Positions 1-10,323 of a stretch of DNA of 64,000 nucleotides are shown one piece after another. Every line of letters starts with the position of its first letter. The stretch's first letter is position 1. A program made the translations under genes and the position numbers. The notes under the pieces are model-generated. The model searched no databases. It had not been told where the DNA came from and worked only from the letters and a program-made list of their open reading frames with translations. The DNA lies in NCBI GenBank assembly GCA_963801355.1, contig CAWDEM010000008.1, forward strand, positions 1,376,001-1,440,000, in the 5' to 3' direction. This DNA is from Ignavibacteriota bacterium. Lineage in GTDB: Bacteria > Bacteroidota > Ignavibacteria > UBA10030 > UBA6906.

Positions 1-75
1 CTGCTGATGCCACTGAGCAGGAAGTGCGCACGTGATCAGTACCGTCAGAAATGCCAAAGCACTCAGCCTCTGCAT
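1..75 (-). CDS. 5' end of a probable secreted protein, runs off the left edge
   Basis: ATG at 75 with GGAG upstream; reads MQRLSALAFLTVLITCALPAQ, signal-peptide-like; same strand as the cytochrome operon; not in ORF track. Confidence 0.55.
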   Translation of the reverse strand, partial: MQRLSALAFLTVLITCALPAQWHQQ

Positions 76-162
76 GGAGTGCTCCGTTCAGCCTATTGAC
101 TCGAACCTCGAGCCACCGACCCTACTGCATCGGGTGCCACATTTCAGGATGAAGAAGGGACT

Positions 163-576
163 TCAATTATCCCTGGCTCCCTGGGAAATCCAGTTCGACA
201 ATATCTTCACCTCATCGTCGGAGAGATACACCGGCGGAGTCGTCTTCTGCTTGCGTTTGGAATAGAAAGGCATGCGATCGCCGAATGGCGGCTTCTCCGA
301 GAGTTTCTGGATCAAAATGCTTTTATCGGGATCGCCGGCAACAACTGCATCGCCATGCTTCCCTCCCTTCATCAGCAGCTCATAGGAATCCAGAGATAAC
401 TCGCTCTTATTGAAATTTTCTTCCGCGTGACAGGGAAGACAGTATTTCTGCAAGATCGGTTGAACGTCGTTCTTGTATGAGATAGCATCACCCTGCGCAC
501 CGGTAGGCGGCAGCATGGCGCCAATGAATACCAGTGTCAGGAGACACAGCAAACCGGCCAAATGCATTCTGTTCAT
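163..576 (-). CDS. Monoheme c-type cytochrome (planctomycete cytochrome c-like domain)
   Basis: Signal peptide; CLPCH heme motif; 'DVQPILQKYC', 'GDPDKSILI', 'RMP', 'WISQGA' typical of this domain. Confidence 0.85.
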   Translation of the reverse strand: MNRMHLAGLLCLLTLVFIGAMLPPTGAQGDAISYKNDVQPILQKYCLPCHAEENFNKSELSLDSYELLMKGGKHGDAVVAGDPDKSILIQKLSEKPPFGDRMPFYSKRKQKTTPPVYLSDDEVKILSNWISQGARDN

Positions 577-606
577 ATGTTGTCCTGTAAATTGATGTGC
601 ATACTT

Positions 607-1089
607 CTATTTTGCGATTGTCGGCTCGCTTTTCAAGAGACTGTCGCTAAGATCCTCCGCCCATCCTGAAAGGAGATCCCTATCCGACGCAGCGAGCACG
701 GCATCCCGGTGCATCATAGTGTAGAGTTCCGGGGGCATGTCGCCTTTGTCCACCTCGCTCATGAGCGACTCGAGTTTTGAGATACGCCGCCCGGCTTTGT
801 AACCCTCCCACTCCGAGAAATTCAGATGTTTCCTCGCTTCGTTCACGTCACCGGCGACCAACCACGATACAGGTGCCACCTGGCTGTACCATGGCCAGCG
901 AGATCGGTTTGAATGGCAGTCAAAGCATGAGCGTTCAAGGACCGCCTGAACATGTGCAGGGAGATACGGTTGACCCACGATGTCTTTTGCGGGGTCTATC
1001 GGAGGATTTGTACGTTCAGGGCGGATAAATTGAATGCCGATTGCGACCGCCACAATTCCGATTGCAGTATACTTGAGGACGTTGCGCAT
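607..1089 (-). CDS. Heme-binding (Haem_bd-type) monoheme cytochrome c
   Basis: CFDCHSN, 'WPWYSQVAPVSWL', 'LNFSEW', 'MPP'; N-terminal membrane anchor. Confidence 0.85.
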   Translation of the reverse strand: MRNVLKYTAIGIVAVAIGIQFIRPERTNPPIDPAKDIVGQPYLPAHVQAVLERSCFDCHSNRSRWPWYSQVAPVSWLVAGDVNEARKHLNFSEWEGYKAGRRISKLESLMSEVDKGDMPPELYTMMHRDAVLAASDRDLLSGWAEDLSDSLLKSEPTIAK

Positions 1090-1129
1090 AGGTCAACCTC
1101 TGCTTTAAAAGAATGGTTGTCTTGCCGCA

Positions 1130-1543
1130 TCAGTTGTTGACTGCACCCTGATTGATCCAGGTCCTGATCACATTGATCGACGCATCAGGAAGTCTGGCTC
1201 CACCCATGGGCATGCGTACCCCGAACGGCGGAGGGTCGAGCAGCTTCCTGACAAGGTTGCTGCTGTCAGCCTTCCCCGAAACGATGGCCGGTCCATGATC
1301 GCCTCCGGCGAGCAACTGAGCCACCGTCCCCACAAAGAGATTCCCGCTTCCTCCGTGGCACCCCGTGCAGCCGTTATTCGTGAGAATCGGAAGCACATCG
1401 CTCGAAAACTTCGGCATGGCCGTCGGCCAGGGCAAGAAGCCCTGGTCGGGCTCCGTACCCGCGTCCTTGCACCCTGTGAGCAAGGAAAGCGCGACCAATA
1501 GAAGCAGTGCGCACAGGCGCTTGGTGGTCTTGACTATCCGCAT
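1130..1543 (-). CDS. Lipoprotein monoheme cytochrome c (planctomycete cytochrome c-like)
   Basis: Lipobox LTGC; CTGCH; 'RMP', 'WINQGA'; resembles 163..576. Confidence 0.85.
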   Translation of the reverse strand: MRIVKTTKRLCALLLLVALSLLTGCKDAGTEPDQGFLPWPTAMPKFSSDVLPILTNNGCTGCHGGSGNLFVGTVAQLLAGGDHGPAIVSGKADSSNLVRKLLDPPPFGVRMPMGGARLPDASINVIRTWINQGAVNN

Positions 1544-1616
1544 TATCGAATTCCATTATGCCTGAGACAAACCATTCCTGTTCCCTGCCGCCAAAATTAC
1601 GTAGAAGCGGCTGGAC

Positions 1617-3527
1617 TCACTTCATAAGCAGCATGCGCCTGACCTGCATCTGGCCCAGACCATCTTGAAGTTGATAAAAGTATGTGCCACTCGCAAGGGC
1701 AATGCCGTTGAAATTCACAGCGTACGTTCCCGGAGCTTTCACTTCGTCCACTAATCGGGCGACCTGTTGGCCGAGCAAATTGAAGACCGTGAGTTCCACC
1801 GGGCCTGCTTCCGCCAATTGGAATCTAATGGTGGTGCTGGGATTGAACGGATTCGGGTAGTTCTGGAACAAGGCGAAGGATGCGGGAGTATTCGCAGCAA
1901 CCTGAGCGACCCCTGTCGCGGCATCCGTCGGGAATGCCAGCTGTCCTCTGATTTCTCCGGCCGGGTTCGTGGCAGTGTGGTAATTCGCGTAAACTTTGCC
2001 GGCCAACAGGGAATCCACCAATGCCGGCGTCAATGGCTGGGTCGCGTCCGATGAAGACCAATCACCACCCACTGTGCCTGCAGCCGGATCTCCGGAAAAA
2101 GCAATGGCCTTCACCACCGGCCCGGAGACTCCGGATGCCCCGGCATGGAAGTGCCCTCCCGCTGTCAGGGTTCCGCTCAACCCATGGTAAGTGAAACGGT
2201 AACGCAGGTCATTGCGCTCTCCGTTCAATATGGCAAAGCCGCTCGAACGGGCTGCCGTGACCACAGGCGTACTCTCATCAGCGCCATCCATGGAAACGCT
2301 GAACCCTATGCCGGTGGTCAAGTTCCATTGCCCGCGGATTTCTCCGGACGGGTTCGCCGCAGTGTGGAAATTCACATAGGCCCGGCCGGAGAGTAACGAT
2401 TCCGCCAAGGCCGTTGTCAGAGGCTGCGATGCATCTCCACGCCGCCAGAAGCCGGACAACGTGGCCGATGCCGCCCCGCCGTTGACCGCAATGCCTTTGA
2501 CAACGGGACCGGACCGTCCGGCAGTGCCTGTGTGAAAATGTCCACCCGCGGTCAAAGTGCCTGTGAGACCGAAATATGTGACAGCGTACCGTGCTTCTGC
2601 GCGCGTGGCATTGAGGATGACGTAGCCGACACCCTTTCCGTCCGCCGTAACCGCGGGCACCTCATTGCTGGCTTCCAATTTCGCCGCGAAGCCGGTTCCT
2701 CCCGCCAGCACGAGTTGTCCACGTATTTCCCCTCCCGGATGTGCGGCAGTGTGGAAGTTTGCGTAGAGTTTACCTGCAATGAGTGAGTCCACCAGGGCAG
2801 ATGTGAAAGGCTGGGTGCCGTCAGATGAACGCCACTTTCCGCTGACAATCCCCGAAGCGGGATCACCGCTTACGGCGATACCTTTGACTATGCCACCAGA
2901 CTTCCCCACAGCGCCCACGTGGATGTGACCGCCGGCGGTAAGAGGCCCGGTCAATCCTCGATAAGCTATAGAGTACTCGATCTCTGATAGATCTGGAGAG
3001 ACCGCAAACACTCCGGTGCCTGTACCCAATTCGTTGTTCTGCGGTGTCTCCTGGACCCCGTCGAGATCCGCAACGAACTGAAGTGCCGTCCCCAAAGTCA
3101 CCTGACCGCGGATTTCTCCCGCCGGGTGTGCTGCGGTATGGAAGTTGACATAAATCCGGCCGGTCAATAGGGACTCGACAAGAGCTGGTGTCAGTGGTTG
3201 CGAAGGATCTGACATCTTCCACGTTCCCGAAACAGTGTTAGATGCAGGATCGCCGGAAAACGCAATGGCTTTCACGATCGGGCCGGACTTCCCCGGAGTC
3301 CCGACATGAAAATGGCCGCCGGCGGTCAGAGTCCCGCTCAACCCCTGGTAGCTCACGATATACTTCAGCTCGGTCAAGTCTTCGTTGAAGACAAATGATC
3401 CGGTGCCGGTAGCTGTAGTTGCAACGGACGGGACTTCATCGGCGCCTGTGAGTGCTGCAATAAACTGGATTTGCGCGTTCGCGCACGCCGTTACGAACAG
3501 CATTCCAAAAAGAAGGGCCTGTCGCAT
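1617..3527 (-). CDS. T9SS-secreted protein with four tandem CHRD domains
   Basis: Four repeats of GGH[FI]H...Y[VA]N[FY]HT...P.GEIRGQ; C-terminal QNYPNPFNPSTTI...YFYQL CTD; start moved to the ATG after GGAG. Confidence 0.9.
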   Translation of the reverse strand: MRQALLFGMLFVTACANAQIQFIAALTGADEVPSVATTATGTGSFVFNEDLTELKYIVSYQGLSGTLTAGGHFHVGTPGKSGPIVKAIAFSGDPASNTVSGTWKMSDPSQPLTPALVESLLTGRIYVNFHTAAHPAGEIRGQVTLGTALQFVADLDGVQETPQNNELGTGTGVFAVSPDLSEIEYSIAYRGLTGPLTAGGHIHVGAVGKSGGIVKGIAVSGDPASGIVSGKWRSSDGTQPFTSALVDSLIAGKLYANFHTAAHPGGEIRGQLVLAGGTGFAAKLEASNEVPAVTADGKGVGYVILNATRAEARYAVTYFGLTGTLTAGGHFHTGTAGRSGPVVKGIAVNGGAASATLSGFWRRGDASQPLTTALAESLLSGRAYVNFHTAANPSGEIRGQWNLTTGIGFSVSMDGADESTPVVTAARSSGFAILNGERNDLRYRFTYHGLSGTLTAGGHFHAGASGVSGPVVKAIAFSGDPAAGTVGGDWSSSDATQPLTPALVDSLLAGKVYANYHTATNPAGEIRGQLAFPTDAATGVAQVAANTPASFALFQNYPNPFNPSTTIRFQLAEAGPVELTVFNLLGQQVARLVDEVKAPGTYAVNFNGIALASGTYFYQLQDGLGQMQVRRMLLMK

Positions 3528-3586
3528 CTGCTTCTCCATGTTATGATATGTGTTGTTGTGATACGTATTGACATCCACTGCAATCT

Positions 3587-4279
3587 TCAATCGGGCTTCC
3601 CGTCCCGGTTATCGTCACGGAACGCATCAGGAGTCAAGTCCCTGATGCGCTCTTCAATCTTTTGCGCCTGGTTGAAGGGATCGTATATCAGGGTTCCCTC
3701 GGTGAACCAGGCATAGGGGTCAACTATGAGCGTGAGGCTCACCACGCCGGAGACCGGGATAGAGATCGGTGACGGGAACACGACTTCCGTCCGAAAGGAC
3801 TCGCGTGAGCGAAACACAAACGGGGTTTCGTGATAGAGGCCGCTCACGACAACGGAATAGCGCAACGTGTCGTTGCCGGGGTCAACGAACATGGAATCAG
3901 CGATCTGGGCGTTCTTTTCAGGAGGATGCAGATCAAGACGGATGCGCTCATACTCACCCGGCGAGACACGGCCGAACCAGAGATCCCTGATCCGCACACT
4001 CAAGTCAAGGTCTACTATCAACGGCTCCCGCTTCAACGCTACCGAATCACCCGTTCCCGATGCGACGACGAACAGGTCATCGAGCAGCAATTTCGCCGAG
4101 ATGATGTGCAAGACCTCATGTGCGGGTTTGCCGAGCACAGTTGCCGGGGGGATGACACCGATCCGGACGTTGTCTGCCGATGACATATCGTTGACACCCA
4201 GATCCTTGCAGCCTCCGGCGACGAAAAGCACCAGCACAGCCATGAGCGGGTACGCACGATACGGGTCGACTCTTTGCAC
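3587..4279 (-). CDS. Lipoprotein, DUF4382-like Ig fold
   Basis: Lipobox-like AGGC; 'PGEYERIRL', acidic DDNRDGKPD end; GTG start at 4279 chosen because it follows AGGTG and lies downstream of the sigma54 promoter. Confidence 0.6.
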   Translation of the reverse strand: MQRVDPYRAYPLMAVLVLFVAGGCKDLGVNDMSSADNVRIGVIPPATVLGKPAHEVLHIISAKLLLDDLFVVASGTGDSVALKREPLIVDLDLSVRIRDLWFGRVSPGEYERIRLDLHPPEKNAQIADSMFVDPGNDTLRYSVVVSGLYHETPFVFRSRESFRTEVVFPSPISIPVSGVVSLTLIVDPYAWFTEGTLIYDPFNQAQKIEERIRDLTPDAFRDDNRDGKPD

Positions 4280-4329
4280 ATTGTCACCTATTCTGAGGAG
4301 TGCGACGTTGGTGGATTGATGTCCGGTAC

Positions 4330-4345
4330 TGCAACCCATGTGCCA
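4330..4345 (-). promoter_or_regulatory. sigma54 (-24/-12) promoter for the lipoprotein-CHRD-cytochrome operon
   Basis: Minus strand TGGCAC-ATGGG-TTGCA, canonical GG/GC spacing. Confidence 0.85.
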
Positions 4346-4449
4346 GGAATTCTTGGGCAGAATGCAACGCCATTTGCGGGGAAAATCGGGAGTCAGAACT
4401 GCAACTGGGGAGCCCGTGCCACACATGCGCGCCTGAAGACCCTGCGGGA

Positions 4450-4467
4450 TGTGGCACAGATGTCACA
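4450..4467. promoter_or_regulatory. Candidate enhancer (UAS) dyad for the NtrC-type activator
   Basis: TGTGGCA-CAGA-TGTCACA inverted repeat about 105 bp upstream of the sigma54 promoter; same motif at 10324. Confidence 0.65.
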
Positions 4468-4556
4468 ATGTACAGGTCCGCGAGGAACCACGACTGTTGC
4501 TTCTCTGTTTGATAAATGACATTATATTGTTCCTCAGCCATAACACCTTACAGGCA

Positions 4557-5282
4557 ATGCCCCTTTTTCTCATTCTGTGCCTGTGTGTTCCTCTCTGCGC
4601 CTCAGCACAGCGAGTAGATTCCTCTGACCGGGTCGAAACCCGTTCCGTTTCGGAAATCCACGGCAAGATCACCGTCACGAAAAGCGATGAGCCACAAGGG
4701 ATGTCTGCCGTGGGCGTCTTCCATGGGGGGTACAGCACGCACGGTCGGACCGATGCAGTTCTTTCGGATCACGCTGCACACAAAACTCCGGCACCGCTAT
4801 CCGAAAGGGCCGTTGTCTATCTGGTCAGTGAAGAGCTGAATCACAGGGAATACCCTGCGCCGGTAAAAGTGCCGGTGCTCGATCAGAAAGATCTTCAGTT
4901 CCGTCCCCAAGTGTTGCCCGTTCTCGTCGGCACGACCGTGAGCTTTCCCAATCGCGACAATTTGTTTCACAACGTCTTTTCGTACTCTCAACCCAAGGAA
5001 TTTGACCTCGGGCGGTATCCAAAGAACGATACCCGCACTGTGCTGTTCGACAAACCCGGTGTCGTCAGGGTGTATTGTGACATCCATTCCAGCATGAGCG
5101 CCACGATCCTTGTGCTGCAAAACCCGTTCTTCGCTACACCGGATGACAACGGCGAGTATAGCATTCGGGGTGTTCCGGAAGGAAAGTACAGGCTTGTCCT
5201 CTGGTATGATCGCGAAGTGGCGGGAAGTCGTGCCATAGAAGTGAAGCCGGGTGACTCAGTCGAGGTCAATTTCATACACTAG
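4557..5282 (+). CDS. Periplasmic cupredoxin-fold protein with carboxypeptidase-regulatory-like Ig domain
   Basis: Signal peptide; 'FPNRDNLFHNVFS' and 'YCDIHSSM' give H/C/H/M type-1 copper ligands; 'GVPEGKYRLVLW'. Confidence 0.75.
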   Translation: MPLFLILCLCVPLCASAQRVDSSDRVETRSVSEIHGKITVTKSDEPQGMSAVGVFHGGYSTHGRTDAVLSDHAAHKTPAPLSERAVVYLVSEELNHREYPAPVKVPVLDQKDLQFRPQVLPVLVGTTVSFPNRDNLFHNVFSYSQPKEFDLGRYPKNDTRTVLFDKPGVVRVYCDIHSSMSATILVLQNPFFATPDDNGEYSIRGVPEGKYRLVLWYDREVAGSRAIEVKPGDSVEVNFIH

Positions 5283-5291
5283 AGTCCCGAA

Positions 5292-6410
5292 ATGATCAAG
5301 CGTACAGCCTGTGTCCTGGTCGCGCTACTCCTTGCGGCGTCGACGGGAAGCGGCCAGATAAATCTTGGCGGACAGACCTCAGCGTACTTCTACAAGAGCG
5401 CGCGCACACAGGCGCAACGGGAGCTCAACGGCGCGCGCCCGTCATTCGGCCTGCGGGCCGACCTTTTCCTGACCGGGCAGGTTACCGACAACATCTCCAC
5501 TTCCTGGTACGCAAGAATCTCCGGTGATGGATCCATAGCATTCGACTACGCTGTGATTCGCCTGACTGATCTGACTCCGCTGAACTTCAACGTAGAAGCC
5601 GGGAAGCTTGACGTGCCATTCGGAAACCTCGGTGAACGCCGGTACCCCCGGAGAAATCCGCTGTACAGTCTTCCCCTTATTCATGAGTACCGGACCGCCC
5701 TTCCCGACCAGGTGCCGACGGAGACGGAGGTGCTGGCTCATCGTGGAGAAGGAACCGGCATGCGTCTTGTATACCTTGGCTTGTATGACCTGGGTGCAAA
5801 GTTGTTTGGATCATTTGACATCGTCGACTATGCATTTGCAGTTACAAGCGGTACAATCAGTACGACCTCGTACGGGGGCCCTAATCCCAACAGCGATCTC
5901 GGCATGGTGATCCGGGTGGCAATCACACCCATAACCGGTCTCACCGTAGGTGCTGCATATAACTGGGGCGCCTACCTGGATGAACCACCCCCATCCTTGC
6001 CTCTTCCCATCGATGTCAACGCCTATAAGCAGAGAGCCGCGGAGCTGGATTTCGAATTCAGCCACGGCCATGCCATAGTGTCAGGCGAAGTCGTATACAA
6101 CATCTGGCCGGTACCGTTCGACACAGGTGATCGCGATCTCACGGTGCTCGGGTATTATCTCGAAGGGAAATACACTCTGATACCCCGTCTCTACGCAGCC
6201 GTGCGGTTGAATGGCATGCATTTCGGCGACACGCGCCTGGGGCAGGTTGAACAACCGTGGGACTACGACGTGACTGAATGGGAGGCCGGCCTGGGATATT
6301 TTCTTGACAAGGATGTATTGCTGAAAGCTATCAGGCGCGAAACCCGCACGCTGGGCGGGAAGAGGCCCAAAGACAACCTCAACGTTCTTCAACTCGTCGT
6401 GGCATTCTAG
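5292..6410 (+). CDS. Outer-membrane beta-barrel (porin-like)
   Basis: Signal peptide, amphipathic strands, 'AGKLDVPFG', C-terminal Phe. Confidence 0.7.
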   Translation: MIKRTACVLVALLLAASTGSGQINLGGQTSAYFYKSARTQAQRELNGARPSFGLRADLFLTGQVTDNISTSWYARISGDGSIAFDYAVIRLTDLTPLNFNVEAGKLDVPFGNLGERRYPRRNPLYSLPLIHEYRTALPDQVPTETEVLAHRGEGTGMRLVYLGLYDLGAKLFGSFDIVDYAFAVTSGTISTTSYGGPNPNSDLGMVIRVAITPITGLTVGAAYNWGAYLDEPPPSLPLPIDVNAYKQRAAELDFEFSHGHAIVSGEVVYNIWPVPFDTGDRDLTVLGYYLEGKYTLIPRLYAAVRLNGMHFGDTRLGQVEQPWDYDVTEWEAGLGYFLDKDVLLKAIRRETRTLGGKRPKDNLNVLQLVVAF

Positions 6411-6414
6411 ACGT

Positions 6415-8250
6415 ATGAAGTTCCGCAATAAGATATTACTCTCCATCTGGGGGGTGGTTGTCAGCCTTCTGATCATCACCTTCTTCTTCATCAACTACTG
6501 GATGCGCGCAAGGATTGAGGAATCATCGTTACGGGAACTCCACACGGGCTACTCCACAGTGTCAGTGCACGAGCAGCTTCAAGCCGCGCAGCTCATCCGT
6601 GCTTGCAATGTCATTGCGGAGTCCCCCAGGCTGCGCGCTGTCGCCGAACTCGGCGACGTCAGAACGGCGTATCAGCTGATGAAGGATTTGTACCCGACAA
6701 CACTCGGCCAGGTCATGGTGCTCACGGACCGGCAACGCCGTCCGCTGGTCAAGCTCCTTCGCGGGAGGAACGATGAGTGGGACATCCCCGGTACCAGGAT
6801 CATCGACAGCGCCGCCGCTCTCATCCCCTCGATCGATGTCTGGCCGATCCTGGGAAAGATCTACCGTGTCGTCTCTGTACCCATCCTGGTGGAGTCTGAA
6901 CTCGTGGGCACACTCACACTCGGGTTCGAGATCACTCCTCAGGATATCGCGGTGCTCAAACGCGCAACGAACAGCGATATCGTGCTGGTCAATGAGAGTT
7001 CCACTGTGCTTTCCACTCTCGATTCCGCAGAAGCGGCGGCGTTGCTTCCCGCCATTGCATCGCTCCATGGGCGCCCTCTGACTGCCGCCGAAGACACCAC
7101 TGCCACGGCCGTCACGCTTGCCACCCAAAACGAAACGTACCTGGGCACGAGGCTCCTGCTGAACCCGGCGGCGTCAGCCGAGTCGTTGAAGGTGTTCTAC
7201 CTCCTTCTCAAGCCGGTCAGCCTCGAAGTCCGGCACACCATGGCATCAATTCTCGGCACATTCGGCATCGTCTCCACGGTCTTCCTCGTCCTCACCACAA
7301 TCGTCGGTCTTGTGATTTCCCGTAGCCTGACGAGATCCATCTCAGAGCTGGTAAGGGGAACGACAGAGATCGATACCGGGAACTACGATTTCGTCATCCG
7401 GACGCGCGGCAAGGATGAGCTTGCGCTTCTCGCCCGGAAATTCATGAGCATGAGCGCATCGCTCAAAGAAAAGATCTCGGAGCTCGGCAGGCTGAATCAG
7501 GATCTCCTTGAGAGAAACAAAGACCTCGACGAGACACTCCGCAAGCTCCAATCGGCACAGGAGGACTTGATCAGAAGTGAACGTCTGGCGGCGACCGGCA
7601 GGATGACCGCCCAACTGGCGCACGAGATCAACAATCCAATCCACAACATCCAGAGCTGCCTGACCACCGCCCTGAACCGGCTCCCGCACGATATCAAAGG
7701 CCGGGATCTCATTGACACGGCGTATGGCGAGGTCAGCCGGCTTTCACGGCTGACCGGCCAGATGCTTAATTTCTATCGTGGCACGGTCGTGCAGGACGAG
7801 CGGAAGCCCATCAACGTAAACGATCTCCTCGCCGAGGTTATTGCATTGACGAGTGGTGAGCTGACGAATTCCCACATCACACTCTTCACGGAAATCGAAC
7901 CGCAGCTGCCCCTCATCTCCGGTTCGCGGGACAAGATGAAGCAGGTGTTGTTGAACCTGATTACGAATGCACACGACGCCATGCCGGAGTCGGGCCGTCT
8001 CGACATCATCGCCCGAGCAGATCAGGGCTCTCTCCGCATGACCGTGAAGGATAATGGCACGGGCATTGCCAGGGAGCATCTGCCGCGTATCTTCGATGCC
8101 TTCTTCACGACAAAGAAGAAGGTGAGCGGGGTCGGGCTGGGGCTCTCCGTGTGCTACGGGATCGTGAGCCAGCATCGTGGCTCCATGGAAGTGGACAGCA
8201 CGCCGGGGAAGGGATCGGCCTTCACCGTTATTCTACCAATTGAGAGCTGA
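6415..8250 (+). CDS. Membrane sensor histidine kinase (periplasmic sensor, HAMP, HisKA, HATPase)
   Basis: Two TM segments; H-box AHEINNP; N-box NLITNA; DNGTGI, FFTTK, GVGLGL. Confidence 0.95.
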   Translation: MKFRNKILLSIWGVVVSLLIITFFFINYWMRARIEESSLRELHTGYSTVSVHEQLQAAQLIRACNVIAESPRLRAVAELGDVRTAYQLMKDLYPTTLGQVMVLTDRQRRPLVKLLRGRNDEWDIPGTRIIDSAAALIPSIDVWPILGKIYRVVSVPILVESELVGTLTLGFEITPQDIAVLKRATNSDIVLVNESSTVLSTLDSAEAAALLPAIASLHGRPLTAAEDTTATAVTLATQNETYLGTRLLLNPAASAESLKVFYLLLKPVSLEVRHTMASILGTFGIVSTVFLVLTTIVGLVISRSLTRSISELVRGTTEIDTGNYDFVIRTRGKDELALLARKFMSMSASLKEKISELGRLNQDLLERNKDLDETLRKLQSAQEDLIRSERLAATGRMTAQLAHEINNPIHNIQSCLTTALNRLPHDIKGRDLIDTAYGEVSRLSRLTGQMLNFYRGTVVQDERKPINVNDLLAEVIALTSGELTNSHITLFTEIEPQLPLISGSRDKMKQVLLNLITNAHDAMPESGRLDIIARADQGSLRMTVKDNGTGIAREHLPRIFDAFFTTKKKVSGVGLGLSVCYGIVSQHRGSMEVDSTPGKGSAFTVILPIES

Positions 8251-8253
8251 ACC

Positions 8254-9663
8254 ATGACGCGACAGGTGAAACCACGAGTCCTCATTGTCGACGACGACCT
8301 GGCATTCAGAGTCGGCACTCTGGCGTTGCTGGAAGACCATGCGTTTGAAGTTGCGATCGCCGTCAACGGAGAGCAAGCGAAACAGAAGCTTTCCGAGCAG
8401 GAATTCGATATCGTGCTGACGGATCTCGTCATGCCCGGCATCAACGGCCTGGATCTGTTGAAACACATCAAGAGCAGCCAGCCGGACATTCCGGTCATCA
8501 TGGTCACCGGATTCGCGTCGATCGGCACCGCAGTCGAGGCAATGCGTCTCGGCGCGCTGGACTACGTGACCAAACCGTGCGAGAATGATGAACTCCTTAT
8601 CAAACTGCGGAGAGCGCTCGACGATCGAAAGAAGGACCGGGAGCTGAGGGAACTACGCCAGGAATTGCACAGCTCCTTCGGTTTCGGGGACATGGTGAGC
8701 CACAGCCCCGTCATGAGGGAGGTATTCCGGCAGATCCAACAGGTGACCGATACCGACCTCACGGTTCTCATCCGCGGAGAGAGCGGAACAGGAAAAGAGC
8801 TTGTGGCCAGAGCCTTGCACGCCAACAGCCGGCGCAGGGCTAACCCGTTCGTTGCCGTGAATTGCTCGGCGATCCCGGAAGGACTGCTGGAGAGCGAGTT
8901 GTTCGGTTACGAGAAGGGTGCATTTACCGGAGCTACCCGGCAGCACCTGGGGAAGTTCGAGGAGGCGCACACCGGGACTCTGTTTCTCGACGAAATCGGA
9001 GACACATCCGCTCTGGTTCAGAAGAAACTGCTGCGCGTGCTGCAGGAAAAGACCATCGAGCGGGTCGGAGGACAGGGATCGATTGCCGTCGAAACCCGTG
9101 TGGTCGCCGCCACCAACCGGAACCTGGAAGCCATGATGCTTCAGGGAGAATTCCGGGAAGATCTGTTCTACCGGCTCAATGTGTTCCCCATTTCCATACC
9201 CCCTCTCCGGAATAGGCTCGAAGATATCCCGATGCTGGCGGAGGAGATGATACGCCGCCATGCCCCCCTGGTCGATGGCAGGGTGCGGTTCATTGCTCCG
9301 ACGGTCATCAGCGACATGATGCGCTACAGCTGGCGTGGGAATATCCGTGAGCTCGAGAATCTGATCAAACGCGCGATGATCATGACACCCGGAGACACGA
9401 TCACCTCGGTGGATCTCCGGGCTTCCGACGGATCTCCTGCGCAAGAGCCTGCCAAAGAACTCGCGTCAGTCGATATGACCACGCCGTACAAAGACTATCT
9501 CTCCGCGATCATCCGCTATGCAGAGGAAACATATCTTGTGCGGATGCTGCAACTGCATACAGGCAACATCAACCAGATCGCAAAGCTCATGTCGATCGAC
9601 CGAAGGACTGTCTACAGAAAGATGGCCGAGTACAACATCGACCCCGCGTCCTACCGCGCCTAA
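8254..9663 (+). CDS. sigma54-dependent response regulator (REC-AAA+-HTH, NtrC/AtoC family)
   Basis: DDD and DLVMPG receiver; GESGTGKE; GAFTGA; LFLDEIG; DLFYRLNV; Fis-type HTH. Confidence 0.95.
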   Translation: MTRQVKPRVLIVDDDLAFRVGTLALLEDHAFEVAIAVNGEQAKQKLSEQEFDIVLTDLVMPGINGLDLLKHIKSSQPDIPVIMVTGFASIGTAVEAMRLGALDYVTKPCENDELLIKLRRALDDRKKDRELRELRQELHSSFGFGDMVSHSPVMREVFRQIQQVTDTDLTVLIRGESGTGKELVARALHANSRRRANPFVAVNCSAIPEGLLESELFGYEKGAFTGATRQHLGKFEEAHTGTLFLDEIGDTSALVQKKLLRVLQEKTIERVGGQGSIAVETRVVAATNRNLEAMMLQGEFREDLFYRLNVFPISIPPLRNRLEDIPMLAEEMIRRHAPLVDGRVRFIAPTVISDMMRYSWRGNIRELENLIKRAMIMTPGDTITSVDLRASDGSPAQEPAKELASVDMTTPYKDYLSAIIRYAEETYLVRMLQLHTGNINQIAKLMSIDRRTVYRKMAEYNIDPASYRA

Positions 9664-9665
9664 GG

Positions 9666-9710
9666 CACAATCAGGCTGCACAACCAATCCCGGCTGTGCA
9701 GCCAATTGTG
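9666..9710. terminator. Hairpin between convergent genes
   Basis: GGCTGCACA...TGTGCAGCC stem flanked by CACAAT/ATTGTG; no clear U-tract. Confidence 0.4.
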
Positions 9711-9742
9711 GACCGGCACGCGGGAGATTCCCTGCGCGCCCA

Positions 9743-10141
9743 TCATTGCACGATCACCGTCCCTTTCATCCCCATGCTCGCATGATAGGTGCAATTGTAC
9801 GGGAATGTCCCCTTCGTTCCGAAGGTTGTTGTCTTGGAGCTGCCGGCAGGGATATTGCCGGTGTCCCAGACACCCGAATCACTCGTGGACGTGTGTGCAA
9901 CGCCGTCATTGTTCGACCACGTCACCGTCGTGCCTACCGCCACAGTGAGCGTCGCCGGTGTGAACACCATGCCATACATCTGTACCGTGTTGACCGGGAT
10001 GCTGCCCGGATTGTTGGCGGGTGGCGGGCTTGTGGTGCCGTACCCGTTAGGATCGGTTGAATAGTCGCTGCTGCAGCCGACTACGACGAGGCTGACGGCG
10101 AGGAATGCAACCAGTGCTGCTGCTGACAAGTGGGTTCGCAT
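9743..10141 (-). CDS. Cupredoxin (plastocyanin/amicyanin-like) lipoprotein
   Basis: AAGGAG RBS; lipobox VVGC; 'GVAHTSTSD' and 'YNCTYHASMGMKG' type-1 copper ligands. Confidence 0.9.
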   Translation of the reverse strand: MRTHLSAAALVAFLAVSLVVVGCSSDYSTDPNGYGTTSPPPANNPGSIPVNTVQMYGMVFTPATLTVAVGTTVTWSNNDGVAHTSTSDSGVWDTGNIPAGSSKTTTFGTKGTFPYNCTYHASMGMKGTVIVQ

Positions 10142-10192
10142 GACGCAACTCCTTAATTTGATTGATGGATGATTGTATCTGCGACCGTACAG

Positions 10193-10208
10193 TACAATCC
10201 CCATGCCA
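10193..10208 (-). promoter_or_regulatory. Probable sigma54 promoter of the cupredoxin gene
   Basis: Minus strand TGGCATG-GGGA-TTGTA; -12 element has GT instead of GC. Confidence 0.55.
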
Positions 10209-10323
10209 GTGTCAGGCGATGAGTCGAAACGCACATCTGGGACCAAACGGAGGACATTCTCACGGATGCATGCACAGAGCGCGACATGGAAGCCACATGC
10301 CCGTCCCGACGGCTTCATGGGTG

